Shown piece by piece: positions 1 to 9,874 of a DNA stretch of 64,000 nucleotides (position 1 is the stretch's first letter; each line of letters opens with the position of its first letter). This DNA is from an uncultured Lachnospiraceae bacterium (GTDB lineage Bacteria; Bacillota; Clostridia; Lachnospirales; Lachnospiraceae). The stretch covers positions 2,484 through 66,483 of the forward strand of contig CATJPU010000179.1 in the NCBI GenBank assembly GCA_949742505.1. The letters are read 5' to 3'. The notes below the pieces were generated by a model. The model was given only the letters and a program-made list of their open reading frames with translations. It searched no databases and was not told the DNA's origin. A program made the translations under genes and the position numbers.

Positions 1-695
1 GCCCCCGTAATAAATGCCCCTTTGTCACTCATTAACAATTCCGCCACATTTGCCACTTCGTCCGCAGTACCCGGACGGCCTGCCGGACATTTTGCAAACA
101 TATTTTTATAGAAGTCCCCGCATGGCCCTTTAAACTCGTCGATTGCCAGCGGTGTCACAATGATGCCGGGAGAAATGGAATTGAGCCTTGCGCCTTTTTC
201 ACCCCATTTTACCGATTCTGCCATCACGCGCTTTTCATTGCAACGCTTCGCCATCTGGTAAGCATGAAGCGTATCGCGGATATTTCCCGGCTGTAATATT
301 TCCAGAGAAAGCAGTTCTTCCGTCGGCGTACATACAAGTTGTTCATCTGCTTTCGGTGATAACTGTTCCATACGGTGTCCCGACTGACTGGAAATTGTCA
401 CGCCCACACCGCCGGGAACAATCACCTTTCCCACTTCCTCCAACAGTACCGCCGTACCATAAAGATCAACTTTCAGTATCGTCTCAACCGGAGCCTGACT
501 CGGCGAAACACCGGCAGCATTAACCAGCATAGTGATCCTGCCAGCCTTCTTTGCCTCTGCAATCAAATTCAGGATGGATTCTCTGGAAGATAAATCCATC
601 TCCATCGGCAGCACATCAAACCCGGCTTCGTTCATGACCTTAGCGATTGCCTGCGCATTTTCCGGCTTCTTGTCCCCAAGGATAATTTTCTTCAG
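1..695 (-). pseudogene. SDR-family oxidoreductase, 5'-truncated; runs off the left window edge
   Basis: Manual translation: LKKIILGDKK...LVNAAGVSPSQA...HAYQMAK (YxxxK)...RLNSISPGIIVTP...AFITG. An in-frame TAA at 696-698 sits where the N-terminal Rossmann glycine motif should be. Confidence 0.8.
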
Positions 696-945
696 TTAAT
701 TCAATACCAACACAAACAAATCTGCTGGCTTTTAAATTTTATCTGCAGATACATCCCTCTCAAACAGTAGGCGTTCGATGATTCCCATTCGCCAAAGTAC
801 CAAAAATTTAAAGTGGATCAACTCCCTGTCATCAAAACTTTTATTAAACAGGACTGGCAGTTTCTCGCAAAAAAGGCACTATTCCGTTTCAATTTCTGGA
901 ATACCGCCTTGTATAATGTATTTAGGTTGTTCGAGGGACACCTAT

Positions 946-955
946 AAACCCTTAG
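946..955. repeat. 10-bp direct repeat AAACCCTTAG, copy 1 (copy 2 at 1833-1842), flanking the DUF5688 remnant
   Basis: Identical 10-mers at 946-955 and 1833-1842. Confidence 0.6.
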
Positions 956-1811
956 CGCTCCGTCCCTCTTTTCTTTTCCATTGGTTTCAGGGCTTGGCAG
1001 ATCCTTCCCGTTTCCCGGTCATACTGGGAAACATTGTCAGACAGGATTTCTTCATTATTTTCTGCCGTCTGGTTTGCATTACGCGCCATTCCCTTACGCT
1101 CTCTCTCACTTACGCCCCATTTTTCGATAAAATTAAACATTCATGGACTGATGAAGGGAGGATATAATATCCTTCCGGAAGAAATTCGCTTACTTTTTCC
1201 ATAACCCATGGGCACAGCACAGCCGAAGCTCCCTGAATATTTTCTTTCGTTGTTAATAGATAAAAGAGCTCCCCCTGAGCCAGCGGAGTATCTCCAGAAG
1301 CATTCAATAAGTTTTCCGGTACCGGCCCGTTTGCAAATAGTTCGCGATATTTTGAACTTGCTGTCTGCATAACGTAATCCCTTGATTCCTGCATATTTTT
1401 TAATGCTGTGTCAAACAGCGTTTCCCTGCTGATTCCCCATGCCTTTAGAACACTGTCTGTCACTTCCATTCTTCCATTTCCTTCCGGGCTTGGAATATCA
1501 ACCCGGCAGACCATAGATAAATCTTCTATTTCCCTATGGGGCATATGCAGCAGCCTTTGGCGGTTTCTGCCTGTATTTATAAGCGATATCCTCAAATAAG
1601 GCTTCATGCACTGGAAATCTTCCATATGGTTTTTCTTAATCAGTTTTTCAATTTCATAAGTTTTTTGAACCTGCTCTGCAATCTCACCCATAATTTCACC
1701 AATGGGTTTCCCCCTTTTACATGTCTTATATATTATTATTCCCTCTACTCCGTATACATTTTTTCCTATGCTCTGTGTATCATGTACCAATATTTCCATT
1801 ATTTTCAACAC
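952..1811 (-). pseudogene. DUF5688-family protein (mobile-element associated), frameshifted near the C-terminus
   Basis: ORF 1110-1811 has LLTTKENIQGASAVLCP...YYILPSSVHECLIL; the expected C-terminus (EEILSDNVSQYDRETG) continues in another frame (952-1140). Confidence 0.7.
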
Positions 1812-1849
1812 AATACACGCTATATACTACTAAAACCCTTAGTCCAGTT

Positions 1850-2165
1850 TACGTCTGCCAGCACAATCGCCGGACGGTTATAGAGCGCCCGGCCGATGGA
1901 CACCCTCTGCTGCTGGCCGCCGGAGAGCTGCCCCGGCAGATTATTTCTCCGGTCGGTCAGCCCCATCTGTTCCACAATCATATCCAGCCTCTTCTGGTCC
2001 AATTCTCTTCCGTCCAGAAGGTGGGGCAGCACAATATTCTTGTCTACATTTAACACCGGAAGCAGATTATAAAACTGATAAATGAGTCCAATCTGCCGTC
2101 TTCGGAAAACGGCAAGCTTATTCTCCCGTCTCCACGCTGAAGGATACGCTGTCTACTCTGCCATA
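1850..2165 (-). pseudogene. LolD/MacB-like ABC ATPase fragment
   Basis: VDSVSFSVETGE* then LAVFRRRQIGLIYQFYNLLP...LSGGQQQRVSIGRAL...VLAD; Walker A is deleted and the sequence is truncated at Walker B. Confidence 0.85.
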
Positions 2166-2216
2166 ACTGTATCCTCAAAGTCTGAAAGATTGGACGATAC
2201 GGCCTTACGGTAATCG

Positions 2217-3005
2217 CTAAAAGCAGGCGGCCCTCTCAAATGCCTCTGCCATCCCCATCTCTTCCGGCCCGTCTATCAAACAGTCCGCAACCTCTTTTAC
2301 TTTCTCTTCCGCCGTCACCGGCACAAAAGCATAATCGCTCCATCTCAGCAATTCCATATCATTCTGTCCGTTGCCTGCCGCAAATATGAACTCTGCATCC
2401 AGTTCCCGGTATTGCATCAGCGCTTTTGCCGCAAAATGCTTGCCGCATCCTTCCCGGACCAACTCTGCAAAGTGCCTTCCGGAAAATTCAAAGCTGCATT
2501 CATCCGTAAAATATTCTCTGCACTTTTTCAAGTCCTCCGAATGATCTGCTATGAATGTAATTTTTAAAATATCCTCTCTGATTTCCGGTATCTCAGGATA
2601 CAGGATTCCTCTTTCTTCGGGAACTCCCCGGTTTTCCGCCATCCAGTTTGTTCTGATGCGGTATATGGCCTTCTCCGTAAAAAATACCATACAGACCCCT
2701 GGATGTTTCTGATAAATACACCGTACACGCTCCATAATTTTCTTATCCATCGGCCTTTTCCAGAGTATCTTCTCTCTCTGAAAATCATAGATGACCGCTC
2801 CATTATACAGAATTGCAGGCGCCAGCGACCCCAGTCTGTGTGCAATATGCTTCGTTCCATATACAGACCTTCCCGTACAAAGTACCAGCTTCCCTCCCGC
2901 CTCCTGGTAATTCTTCGCCGCCCGGATTACCTCTTCTCCCAGAAGAAACTCTGCCCCAAGCAGCGTTCCGTCAATATCCGCAAAAAATATCGTTTTATTG
3001 TTCAT
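2217..3005 (-). CDS. Cof-like HAD-IIB phosphatase
   Basis: FADIDGTLL motif I, CTGRS, GNGQNDMELL. Confidence 0.9.
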   Translation of the reverse strand: MNNKTIFFADIDGTLLGAEFLLGEEVIRAAKNYQEAGGKLVLCTGRSVYGTKHIAHRLGSLAPAILYNGAVIYDFQREKILWKRPMDKKIMERVRCIYQKHPGVCMVFFTEKAIYRIRTNWMAENRGVPEERGILYPEIPEIREDILKITFIADHSEDLKKCREYFTDECSFEFSGRHFAELVREGCGKHFAAKALMQYRELDAEFIFAAGNGQNDMELLRWSDYAFVPVTAEEKVKEVADCLIDGPEEMGMAEAFERAACF

Positions 3006-3204
3006 ATGATTGTCCTTTCCTATTGGTTCAACTGTTAAAACAGGAAACAGCCGATGAAATCAGAAGAAGAGAACCAAAAAGACACTTACCGTCCATTTGG
3101 TTCTCTTAACATGTAACAGCTCAGCCTGCGGCCTCACTGTTACCTTAACATTTCCTCATGCGCTATCAAATACTGCTGCCCGCGCATCACCGGTTATACT
3201 CTAT

Positions 3205-3675
3205 TTACCCCAGACAGCTCTTTAATATATGATAGAGCTTCCCGCCGTCTTCCGCCATAACAAGTTCTTCTATCATTTTCTCATTCTTAACAATGAGATT
3301 AATCAGCTCCTGCAATACATCTAACTGTGCATGCTGTTCCTTAATGGCCAGCATAACAACAAGATGAACCGGGATCTTCTCGTCGGCAGAACTTCCCATC
3401 GTACCAAATTCCACCGGCTCTTTCAATGCAGCCACGCAGATTCTTGTCTCCTCCACATAGCAGGCGTCTGTGTGGGGAATCGCCACCTTATAATGCTTCA
3501 GAGGCAGTCCCGTAGGATAATTCTTCTCACGCAGGATTACATGTTCCCTGTAATCTCCTTTTACGATTCCCTGTTCGTACAGCCTGTCAGAGAGAATCCC
3601 CAGCACCTCTTCATCTGTCCTTCCCTGAATCCCTGCAAAACAGGTCTCTTCCCTAATTGAATCTATCAACGACAT
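3205..3675 (-). CDS. PTS EIIA component (galactitol/fructose type)
   Basis: REKNYPTGL...VAIPHTD phospho-His motif. Confidence 0.92.
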   Translation of the reverse strand: MSLIDSIREETCFAGIQGRTDEEVLGILSDRLYEQGIVKGDYREHVILREKNYPTGLPLKHYKVAIPHTDACYVEETRICVAALKEPVEFGTMGSSADEKIPVHLVVMLAIKEQHAQLDVLQELINLIVKNEKMIEELVMAEDGGKLYHILKSCLG

Positions 3676-4316
3676 ATCATCTCTCCCTTGTTTTCATGAA
3701 AGCTTTCTATCACAGAAAGAGGATGCTCTGACCTGAATATGGTTCTCCCCATTACGATTCCGGTCGCTCCGGCTTCTTTCACTTTATTATATTCATCCGG
3801 GCCGATTCCCCCGTCCGCAACGATATCCATTCTGCCCCCGGAGACCTTTGCAATCTGCCGGATTTTATTCGGAATATGCTCCTGAAATGCCTCCAGCGCC
3901 CTGTCCGGCTCTGAACTCATAAGGAGGATATATTCCACCTGTTCCAGATACGGCAGCAGGGTCTGATAAGAGGTACAGGGATTCAGCGCAATTCCTGCTT
4001 TCATGCCAAGCTGATGAATTCGGTTTATCAGACGCAGGGGATATCCGGTCGCCTCTATATGAAAGGCCGCAGCCTCCACGCCCGCCGCCGCCAGTTCTTC
4101 CAGATAATCCTCTGGATTCGTCACCATAAGATGCGCGTCTATCTTAGCGGTGCAAATACTTGCCGCTGCGCGGACCGTCTTCATGCCAAATGTGATATTC
4201 GGCACAAAATTGCCGTCCTCAATATCCAGATGCAGGTACGGATATCCTTCCAGGCGGCGTATACTCTCTCCCAAATTCATCGGGTCTGCCGAAGCCAGCG
4301 ACGGAAATATCTTCAT
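3666..4316 (-). CDS. Ribulose-phosphate 3-epimerase family (SgcE/AlsE-like)
   Basis: PSLASAD, HLDIEDGNFVPNITFG, DAHLMV, ADGGI. Confidence 0.92.
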   Translation of the reverse strand: MKIFPSLASADPMNLGESIRRLEGYPYLHLDIEDGNFVPNITFGMKTVRAAASICTAKIDAHLMVTNPEDYLEELAAAGVEAAAFHIEATGYPLRLINRIHQLGMKAGIALNPCTSYQTLLPYLEQVEYILLMSSEPDRALEAFQEHIPNKIRQIAKVSGGRMDIVADGGIGPDEYNKVKEAGATGIVMGRTIFRSEHPLSVIESFHENKGEMICR

Positions 4317-4336
4317 ATCTCACACCCCCGTTTCAT

Positions 4337-5155
4337 CTACAAGGACGCGCGGAACTTCTTCACCACATCCATAAATTCCTTTACCCGCTTCACATCCGCC
4401 GCATTCTCAAATTTTCCTTCTTCTTTGAAAGTGGTTCCCACAACTGCGCCATCCGCAATACTGAGCTGCTCCTCCACATTATTGATGCGCACGCCCGTAT
4501 TGGCAAATACAATCGTTTCCGGAACCTCGCTCTTAACCTCCTGCAGAATTTGAGAATCCGTAGCAGCTCCCGCCGTCAGTCCCGATACGCAGAGAGCGTC
4601 CGGCCTGCAGTTGAATACGGTGCTCTTTGCAATCTGCTGAATATCCTCCCGCTGTATGTATTTCGCCGCTTCAGGGACAATATTAAACAGAAGCTTCACA
4701 TCCTCCGCTCCAATTGCGCATTGATGCCTGACCACCTCTCCGCAATTCGTATTCCACAGCCCGAAGTCACTGGCGTAAACCCCTGTAAAAATCTCCCTGA
4801 CAAATTTTGCTCCCGTTGCCATCGCCAAATCAATCGACTTCTGTGGATCCCACAATACATTGACACCAAAAGGTATCTTCAGATCACATTTGATTTCACC
4901 GATAATTCTTGCCATCGCCGCAACCGTCTCAACATGCACGTCTGTCAGATAGGGAAGGCTGAACTCATTTGAGAACATAATAGCATCCACGCCGCCTTCC
5001 TGCAAGGCAAGCATCTCCTTTTTCGCCCGACAAATGACTGCGTCCATCCCTCCTTCCTTATCAAATCCCGGATCTCCCGGCAAAGCCATAAAATGGCACA
5101 TCGCAATAATCGGTTTCTCAGTTCCCAATACTTCCTTTGTCCATTTGCTGCTCAT
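4337..5155 (-). CDS. BtpA/SgcQ-family TIM-barrel protein
   Basis: KPIIAMCHFMALPGDP, DAIMFSNEFSLPY, PFGVNVLWD, DGAVVGTTFK; start moved to MSSKW behind AGGAGG. Confidence 0.9.
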   Translation of the reverse strand: MSSKWTKEVLGTEKPIIAMCHFMALPGDPGFDKEGGMDAVICRAKKEMLALQEGGVDAIMFSNEFSLPYLTDVHVETVAAMARIIGEIKCDLKIPFGVNVLWDPQKSIDLAMATGAKFVREIFTGVYASDFGLWNTNCGEVVRHQCAIGAEDVKLLFNIVPEAAKYIQREDIQQIAKSTVFNCRPDALCVSGLTAGAATDSQILQEVKSEVPETIVFANTGVRINNVEEQLSIADGAVVGTTFKEEGKFENAADVKRVKEFMDVVKKFRASL

Positions 5156-5182
5156 AATTTTTCTCCTCCTAAACAAAATTTT

Positions 5183-6277
5183 TTAAACGCCTCTGCGCAA
5201 GTCGATATGTTTTCCAAACTTACATGCCGACGCCAGCATTAATTTCGCGCAATCCTCAACGTCCTCCCGGCATGCAACTTCCGACGGGGAATGAGTATAC
5301 CGGAGAGGAATGGACAGGTGCGCCATAGGAATCCCCTCCGTACCCGCATGCTGGGTAAACGCATCGTCCGTAATCACCCCGATTACCACTTCTTTCTGGC
5401 ATGTAATCTGCTCTTCCTTCGCCGTCTCCTCCAGAAAAGCGTTCAGCTTCGGATTGGGAAGCAGTCCTCCCAGCGTGCCGCGGCCATGGAAATTCATATA
5501 CATAATTGCCACTCCTCTTCCAAGGGCCATCTCATATCTGCCTTTCAGTTCCGGCGTATCGCAGGCCGGTGAAATATCAACACAGATTGCCGCGTCCGGC
5601 TGCAGTCTGTGAAAGGTAGGCGTTGCGGAACGGATATTAAATTCTTCCTGCACCGTAAATATCAGATGTACCGTAGCCGCATGCTCTCTCTTCGGCAGTT
5701 CTTCCGCCAGATAGAGCAGGGTATAGATTCCCACCCGATCGTCCAACGCTTTTGAAACGGCATACTTTCCCAACAGAGTAAAATTAGGGATATAGGTAAC
5801 CGCGCTTCCGATATCAATTCCCAAATCCAGCACCTCTTCCTTCGAAGTACATCCCAAATCCACATACAGCTCCCCAATGGTTGTAACCGCGAATTTCTTA
5901 TCCGCAGGCGTAAGATGGTGGGAAGTATTCCCTATCACCGCCCGGTAAGTCTTTGTTTCATCCAGCGTATGTACGTCGACCATCGCCGCAGGCAACACCT
6001 TCTCCGGAACGCCGCCTACCCGCTCCAGCCTTAAGAATCCATCCTCTTCTACCTTCTTCACAATCAGCCCCACTTCGTCCATATGCGCGAAATAGGCAAT
6101 AGAGCCGGCTTCCTCGTCAGTTCCCCGATAAGTAGCCGTAATATTCCCGAGACGGTCAACGTGTACCTCATCGCAGAGCCCTTCCAGCCGCTTTAACACA
6201 TAGGCAATCAGTTTATCCTCATGCCCGCAAATCGCCGGTATCTCTGTCAGCTCCTTCATATCCTTTTCAAAATTCAT
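5183..6277 (-). CDS. M42-family metallopeptidase (SgcX/FrvX-like)
   Basis: AHMDEVG, KALDDRVG, TVQEE, RYTHSPSE. Confidence 0.9.
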   Translation of the reverse strand: MNFEKDMKELTEIPAICGHEDKLIAYVLKRLEGLCDEVHVDRLGNITATYRGTDEEAGSIAYFAHMDEVGLIVKKVEEDGFLRLERVGGVPEKVLPAAMVDVHTLDETKTYRAVIGNTSHHLTPADKKFAVTTIGELYVDLGCTSKEEVLDLGIDIGSAVTYIPNFTLLGKYAVSKALDDRVGIYTLLYLAEELPKREHAATVHLIFTVQEEFNIRSATPTFHRLQPDAAICVDISPACDTPELKGRYEMALGRGVAIMYMNFHGRGTLGGLLPNPKLNAFLEETAKEEQITCQKEVVIGVITDDAFTQHAGTEGIPMAHLSIPLRYTHSPSEVACREDVEDCAKLMLASACKFGKHIDLRRGV

Positions 6278-6319
6278 AATGCCCTCCCTTTTTTTGTTTC
6301 TTTTTATCTTTTTCTATAT

Positions 6320-7057
6320 TTATCCAATATGCATCCTGCCCCCGTCGGCTATCAGAACCTCGCCGCAGAGATAGTTCGCCATGGAGCTGGATAAAAACAA
6401 TGCAATATTCGCAATGTCTTCCGGTTCCCCCACCTTCCCTAACGGCATAACCTCTTTATAATGTTCTCTTACCGCCTGCTCTGAGCCGAATCTTGTGGCC
6501 AGCATTTTACTCATTATCACCGCGGGAGCAATGCCGTTCACCCGTATTCCTTCCTTCGCATATTCCCTTGCAAGAAACATAGTCAGGGCGTAAGAACCTG
6601 CCTTTGTAGCCACATACTGGGGAATCCCGGTTCCTCCGCTGAATACGGACGCCGACGTCAGAATCACAATATTGCCGCCTGTTTCTTTTAAGTAAGGCTT
6701 TGCCGCCTCTGAACAGTACCAGGTTCCTTTGGTATTTACCTCGTAGCTTTTGTCCCAGTCCGCAACAATCCCTGCATTATTGACCAGAATATCCATTCTG
6801 CCACAGGTATCCGCTATCTTCTGAAACACTTCCTGAACTTTTGCTTCATCCGAAATATCGCACCGGTAATACAGGGGCCGCATTCCCTGACTTTCCATCT
6901 GTTTCAGGAAATCAAACATTTCTTCCTCCCTGTACACGTCCAGAATTATTGTCTGGGCGCCTGCCTGTACATACTTTGCGGCAATGGCCGCCCCGATTCC
7001 CTGCGCAGCTCCCGTCACAACGGCAACCATGCCTTCCATATCTATCTTACAGCTCAT
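6320..7057 (-). CDS. SDR-family oxidoreductase
   Basis: TGAAQGIG, NNAG, YVATK; ATGA-type overlap region with the upstream gene. Confidence 0.9.
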   Translation of the reverse strand: MSCKIDMEGMVAVVTGAAQGIGAAIAAKYVQAGAQTIILDVYREEEMFDFLKQMESQGMRPLYYRCDISDEAKVQEVFQKIADTCGRMDILVNNAGIVADWDKSYEVNTKGTWYCSEAAKPYLKETGGNIVILTSASVFSGGTGIPQYVATKAGSYALTMFLAREYAKEGIRVNGIAPAVIMSKMLATRFGSEQAVREHYKEVMPLGKVGEPEDIANIALFLSSSMANYLCGEVLIADGGRMHIG

Positions 7058-8118
7058 AAATGTACTTCTCCTGTCTCCCTTACCTTGATGACGCATTTCA
7101 GGCACTCGCCCCGCCCGATTGTCCGGGCTATCGCCTGTTCCAGCTCATCAAGGCCAAAACGATGGGTAATATAAGATTTCGCGTCAATCAGTCCATTTGC
7201 AATCAGCCGCAGCGCTTCTCTGGTATTATTCTGGTTTGCCGAATAGGTCATAGACAAATCCAACTCCTTAAAGAACGCCTCGCTGGCATAAAACTTCAAG
7301 TATTCTTCCGGCGCAGGCGTCGCGAAAAGAAGGAGTCTGCCGCCTTTTCCGGTAAGCTTCAGCCCTGTTTCCATGGCCTTTACATCCTTAGCCATTACAA
7401 ATACCTTGTCAAACTGATTCCATCCAAATTCTTTCTCCAAATCTCGGAGTTCCCTGTCAATGTCCGCGTCTGCCGCTCTGGAAAACAGCGCGCCCCTGCT
7501 CTTTGCCATCTCCTGTCTCCAGGGTATCATCTCATAGGCCGCAATGTCCCTGACTCCGTACGCCCTGAGAGATTCAATCAGCATCAGCCCTAGGGTTCCT
7601 GTTCCCACAACCGCAATCCGGTCGGCAGATTTCACATCCGCCCGTTCCATTCCATGGAGCGCGCAGGCCAGCGGCTCGATGAGAGACGCCTCTTCAAAAC
7701 TGACATGGTCCGGTATCTTCAGCGTATCCTTCTTCACATGTTCTGCGCCTGCTACAAAATATTCCGCAAAACCGCCCGGCTTGTAATGGGTCTGTCTGAA
7801 CTGCCTGCATAAGGTATATTTCCCCTTCCGGCATTCCTCACAGCTCATACATGCAATGTGGTGGTGTACAAATACCCGGTCGCCGGCTGCGAACCCTTCT
7901 ACGCCTTCACCTGCTTCCTCAATCACTCCCACCGCTTCATGGCCAAGAATCACCGGCGCCTTCGGCTTGTTGTACCACTCCATCGTATCCGCTACGCATA
8001 CCCCGCAGGTATCCGTCCGAACCAGAATCTCTCCCGGTCCCGGAACGGGTTTGTCAACTTCCTCCACCCTCACATCCTGATTCGTGTAATAGACCGCCGC
8101 TTTCATCTTTTCCATCAT
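7054..8118 (-). CDS. Zn-dependent alcohol/polyol dehydrogenase (sorbitol/galactitol-1-P DH-like)
   Basis: CGVC, GHEAVG, CMSCEECRKGKYTLC Zn cluster, GTGTLG. Confidence 0.9.
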   Translation of the reverse strand: MMEKMKAAVYYTNQDVRVEEVDKPVPGPGEILVRTDTCGVCVADTMEWYNKPKAPVILGHEAVGVIEEAGEGVEGFAAGDRVFVHHHIACMSCEECRKGKYTLCRQFRQTHYKPGGFAEYFVAGAEHVKKDTLKIPDHVSFEEASLIEPLACALHGMERADVKSADRIAVVGTGTLGLMLIESLRAYGVRDIAAYEMIPWRQEMAKSRGALFSRAADADIDRELRDLEKEFGWNQFDKVFVMAKDVKAMETGLKLTGKGGRLLLFATPAPEEYLKFYASEAFFKELDLSMTYSANQNNTREALRLIANGLIDAKSYITHRFGLDELEQAIARTIGRGECLKCVIKVRETGEVHL

Positions 8119-8182
8119 ACCATCTCCCTTTTTTATTATTCCGTCAGTGCGGCCGCACTGACGGAATTTATCGCTTTACTAT

Positions 8183-9448
8183 CTAAAATACCCCTGCAAT
8201 CTTAGATAAAATCCATGTCAGCCAGTTTCCTGCCGACAATGCGGTGATATCTACCGCTCCTTCCGGAATCGCGTACCCGGCCGTCACTGCCATAGTAGTC
8301 ATGGATGAGCCGAAACCGGTACAAATCAGCATAACCACGCTCATAATCACGATACCGCAGATGAGAGAGCGGAACAGGTTCCCCTTGCTAAGACAAGGCA
8401 CAAGGGCTACAAAATATGCCAGCGACGCCAAATCCCCAAATGGGAGCACCCGGTTAACCGGCAGAATAACCGCCAGCACCAGTGTAATAGGAATCAGGAT
8501 AATTCCTGCCGCAACCGTTGTAGGATGCCCAATCAAAATAGCGGAATCCAGTCCGACATAAAATTCTCTGTCGCCGAAATGGGCTTTCATAAATTTCCTT
8601 GCAACATCCGATACGACCGACAGCGATTCCATAAACAGCGCGATAAATTTCGGAATAATCATCATAACGGTTCCAATGGAAATCGCGGAGCTAAGCAGCA
8701 GCGGTATATCAGTCCAGTACCCGGACAGAAGTCCCAGCACAAGTCCAAGGACCGTTCCAAGAATCAGAGGACTGCCGAAAATTCCCCATTTTTCCTGAAT
8801 ATGTTTCTCATCCCAGTTAATATCCTTCACTACCGGAATCCGGTCAAGCACCCAGTTTACTCCAGCAATAATCGGAATACTTGTAACCGCCCATCCATGA
8901 GGAATGGATACGCCGGGCACCTGATAAAATTCCTGTACTCTTGCCGCGGTACGATCCGCCATCACCAGACAGAAAGCCGCATGGATTGCTCCTGCAATCA
9001 GTCCGATAATCAGATTTCCTGAAATAATGTAAACAACCGATGCGGTAAACGCATGATTCCAGAAATTCCAGATATCTACGTTCAAAGTCTTCGTTGTCTT
9101 CGTGGCAAGCATCAGAATATTCACGCCCAGAGATACGACAATCACCAGCGCCCCGCAGGTAGTACTGTAGGCAATCGCGGAGCCTACCGCCCATCCCACG
9201 TCCAAAATATCGTTTTTCAACCCCCACTGCTCTACCATAATTTCAACCATTGGATTTACGGTAGAAATCATCAGCCCAATCACCAGATTCAGTCCGATAT
9301 ATGCCGCGCCGAATGTGAGACCTGCCATCACAGATTTCTTCAGTCCGGCCCCGAATACCATACACAGAATAAAGATAAAAATCGGAATCAATACCGACGC
9401 GCCTAAGCTTGTCAGTGCATTTGAAATAGTTGTAATCGCTTGTATCAT
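8183..9448 (-). CDS. PTS galactitol-family EIIC (GatC/SgcC-like), copy 1
   Basis: Hydrophobic; ILDVGW, TKTLNVDIWNFWNH, YVGLDSAILIGHP. Confidence 0.92.
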   Translation of the reverse strand: MIQAITTISNALTSLGASVLIPIFIFILCMVFGAGLKKSVMAGLTFGAAYIGLNLVIGLMISTVNPMVEIMVEQWGLKNDILDVGWAVGSAIAYSTTCGALVIVVSLGVNILMLATKTTKTLNVDIWNFWNHAFTASVVYIISGNLIIGLIAGAIHAAFCLVMADRTAARVQEFYQVPGVSIPHGWAVTSIPIIAGVNWVLDRIPVVKDINWDEKHIQEKWGIFGSPLILGTVLGLVLGLLSGYWTDIPLLLSSAISIGTVMMIIPKFIALFMESLSVVSDVARKFMKAHFGDREFYVGLDSAILIGHPTTVAAGIILIPITLVLAVILPVNRVLPFGDLASLAYFVALVPCLSKGNLFRSLICGIVIMSVVMLICTGFGSSMTTMAVTAGYAIPEGAVDITALSAGNWLTWILSKIAGVF

Positions 9449-9534
9449 ATGTGTTCTCTCCTTCCTGTACCAGTGCAACAGCTATCACGTTTCTTTCTGT
9501 TACACTTGTCTGTTCCTCCATCCGCCTAGTTATA

Positions 9535-9834
9535 CTATCCCTCTGATATCTCCTTCATCTTCACAGCCATTGCTTCCAGCACTTCCTCTTCTCCCACTCC
9601 AATTAACAGCGGCACTCCGCTGAATACCGGAATTTCCGTACCAAACGCAACCTGAGTCGTACTCAGAATCATATCGCATCCTGTCAGCCGGTTCACCAGA
9701 TCCTGCACGCTGCAGGTTTCAATCGCAACCGGAATACGCCGCTTTTCCATATACTCCTTCACCATTGCCGCAACATGGGTAGAGGTTGCAATTCCCGAGC
9801 CGCAGCATACCATTAATTTTACTGTTTTTCCCAT
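9535..9834 (-). CDS. PTS galactitol-family EIIB, copy 1
   Basis: CCGSGIATST phospho-Cys loop; start MGKTVK behind an RBS. Confidence 0.9.
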   Translation of the reverse strand: MGKTVKLMVCCGSGIATSTHVAAMVKEYMEKRRIPVAIETCSVQDLVNRLTGCDMILSTTQVAFGTEIPVFSGVPLLIGVGEEEVLEAMAVKMKEISEG

Positions 9835-9874
9835 AAGCTTCTCCTTCCTTTTACTTTGTTTTACTTGCACACTT

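Noticed and set aside
700-945. Possible structured leader or riboswitch on the minus strand (GATGACAGGGAG...GGGAATCATC...ACGCCTAC)
   Set aside because: Only a short GATGA/TCATC pairing; does not fit the fluoride, T-box or c-di-GMP consensus; the downstream gene is missing
188-1167. Plus-strand ORFs 188-523, 375-593, 778-1167
   Set aside because: Antisense shadows of the SDR and DUF5688 remnants; no motifs
3114-3144. GTAACAG...CTGTTAC small inverted repeat (similar end at ~27235-27243)
   Set aside because: Too short to call; probably a degenerate intergenic repeat
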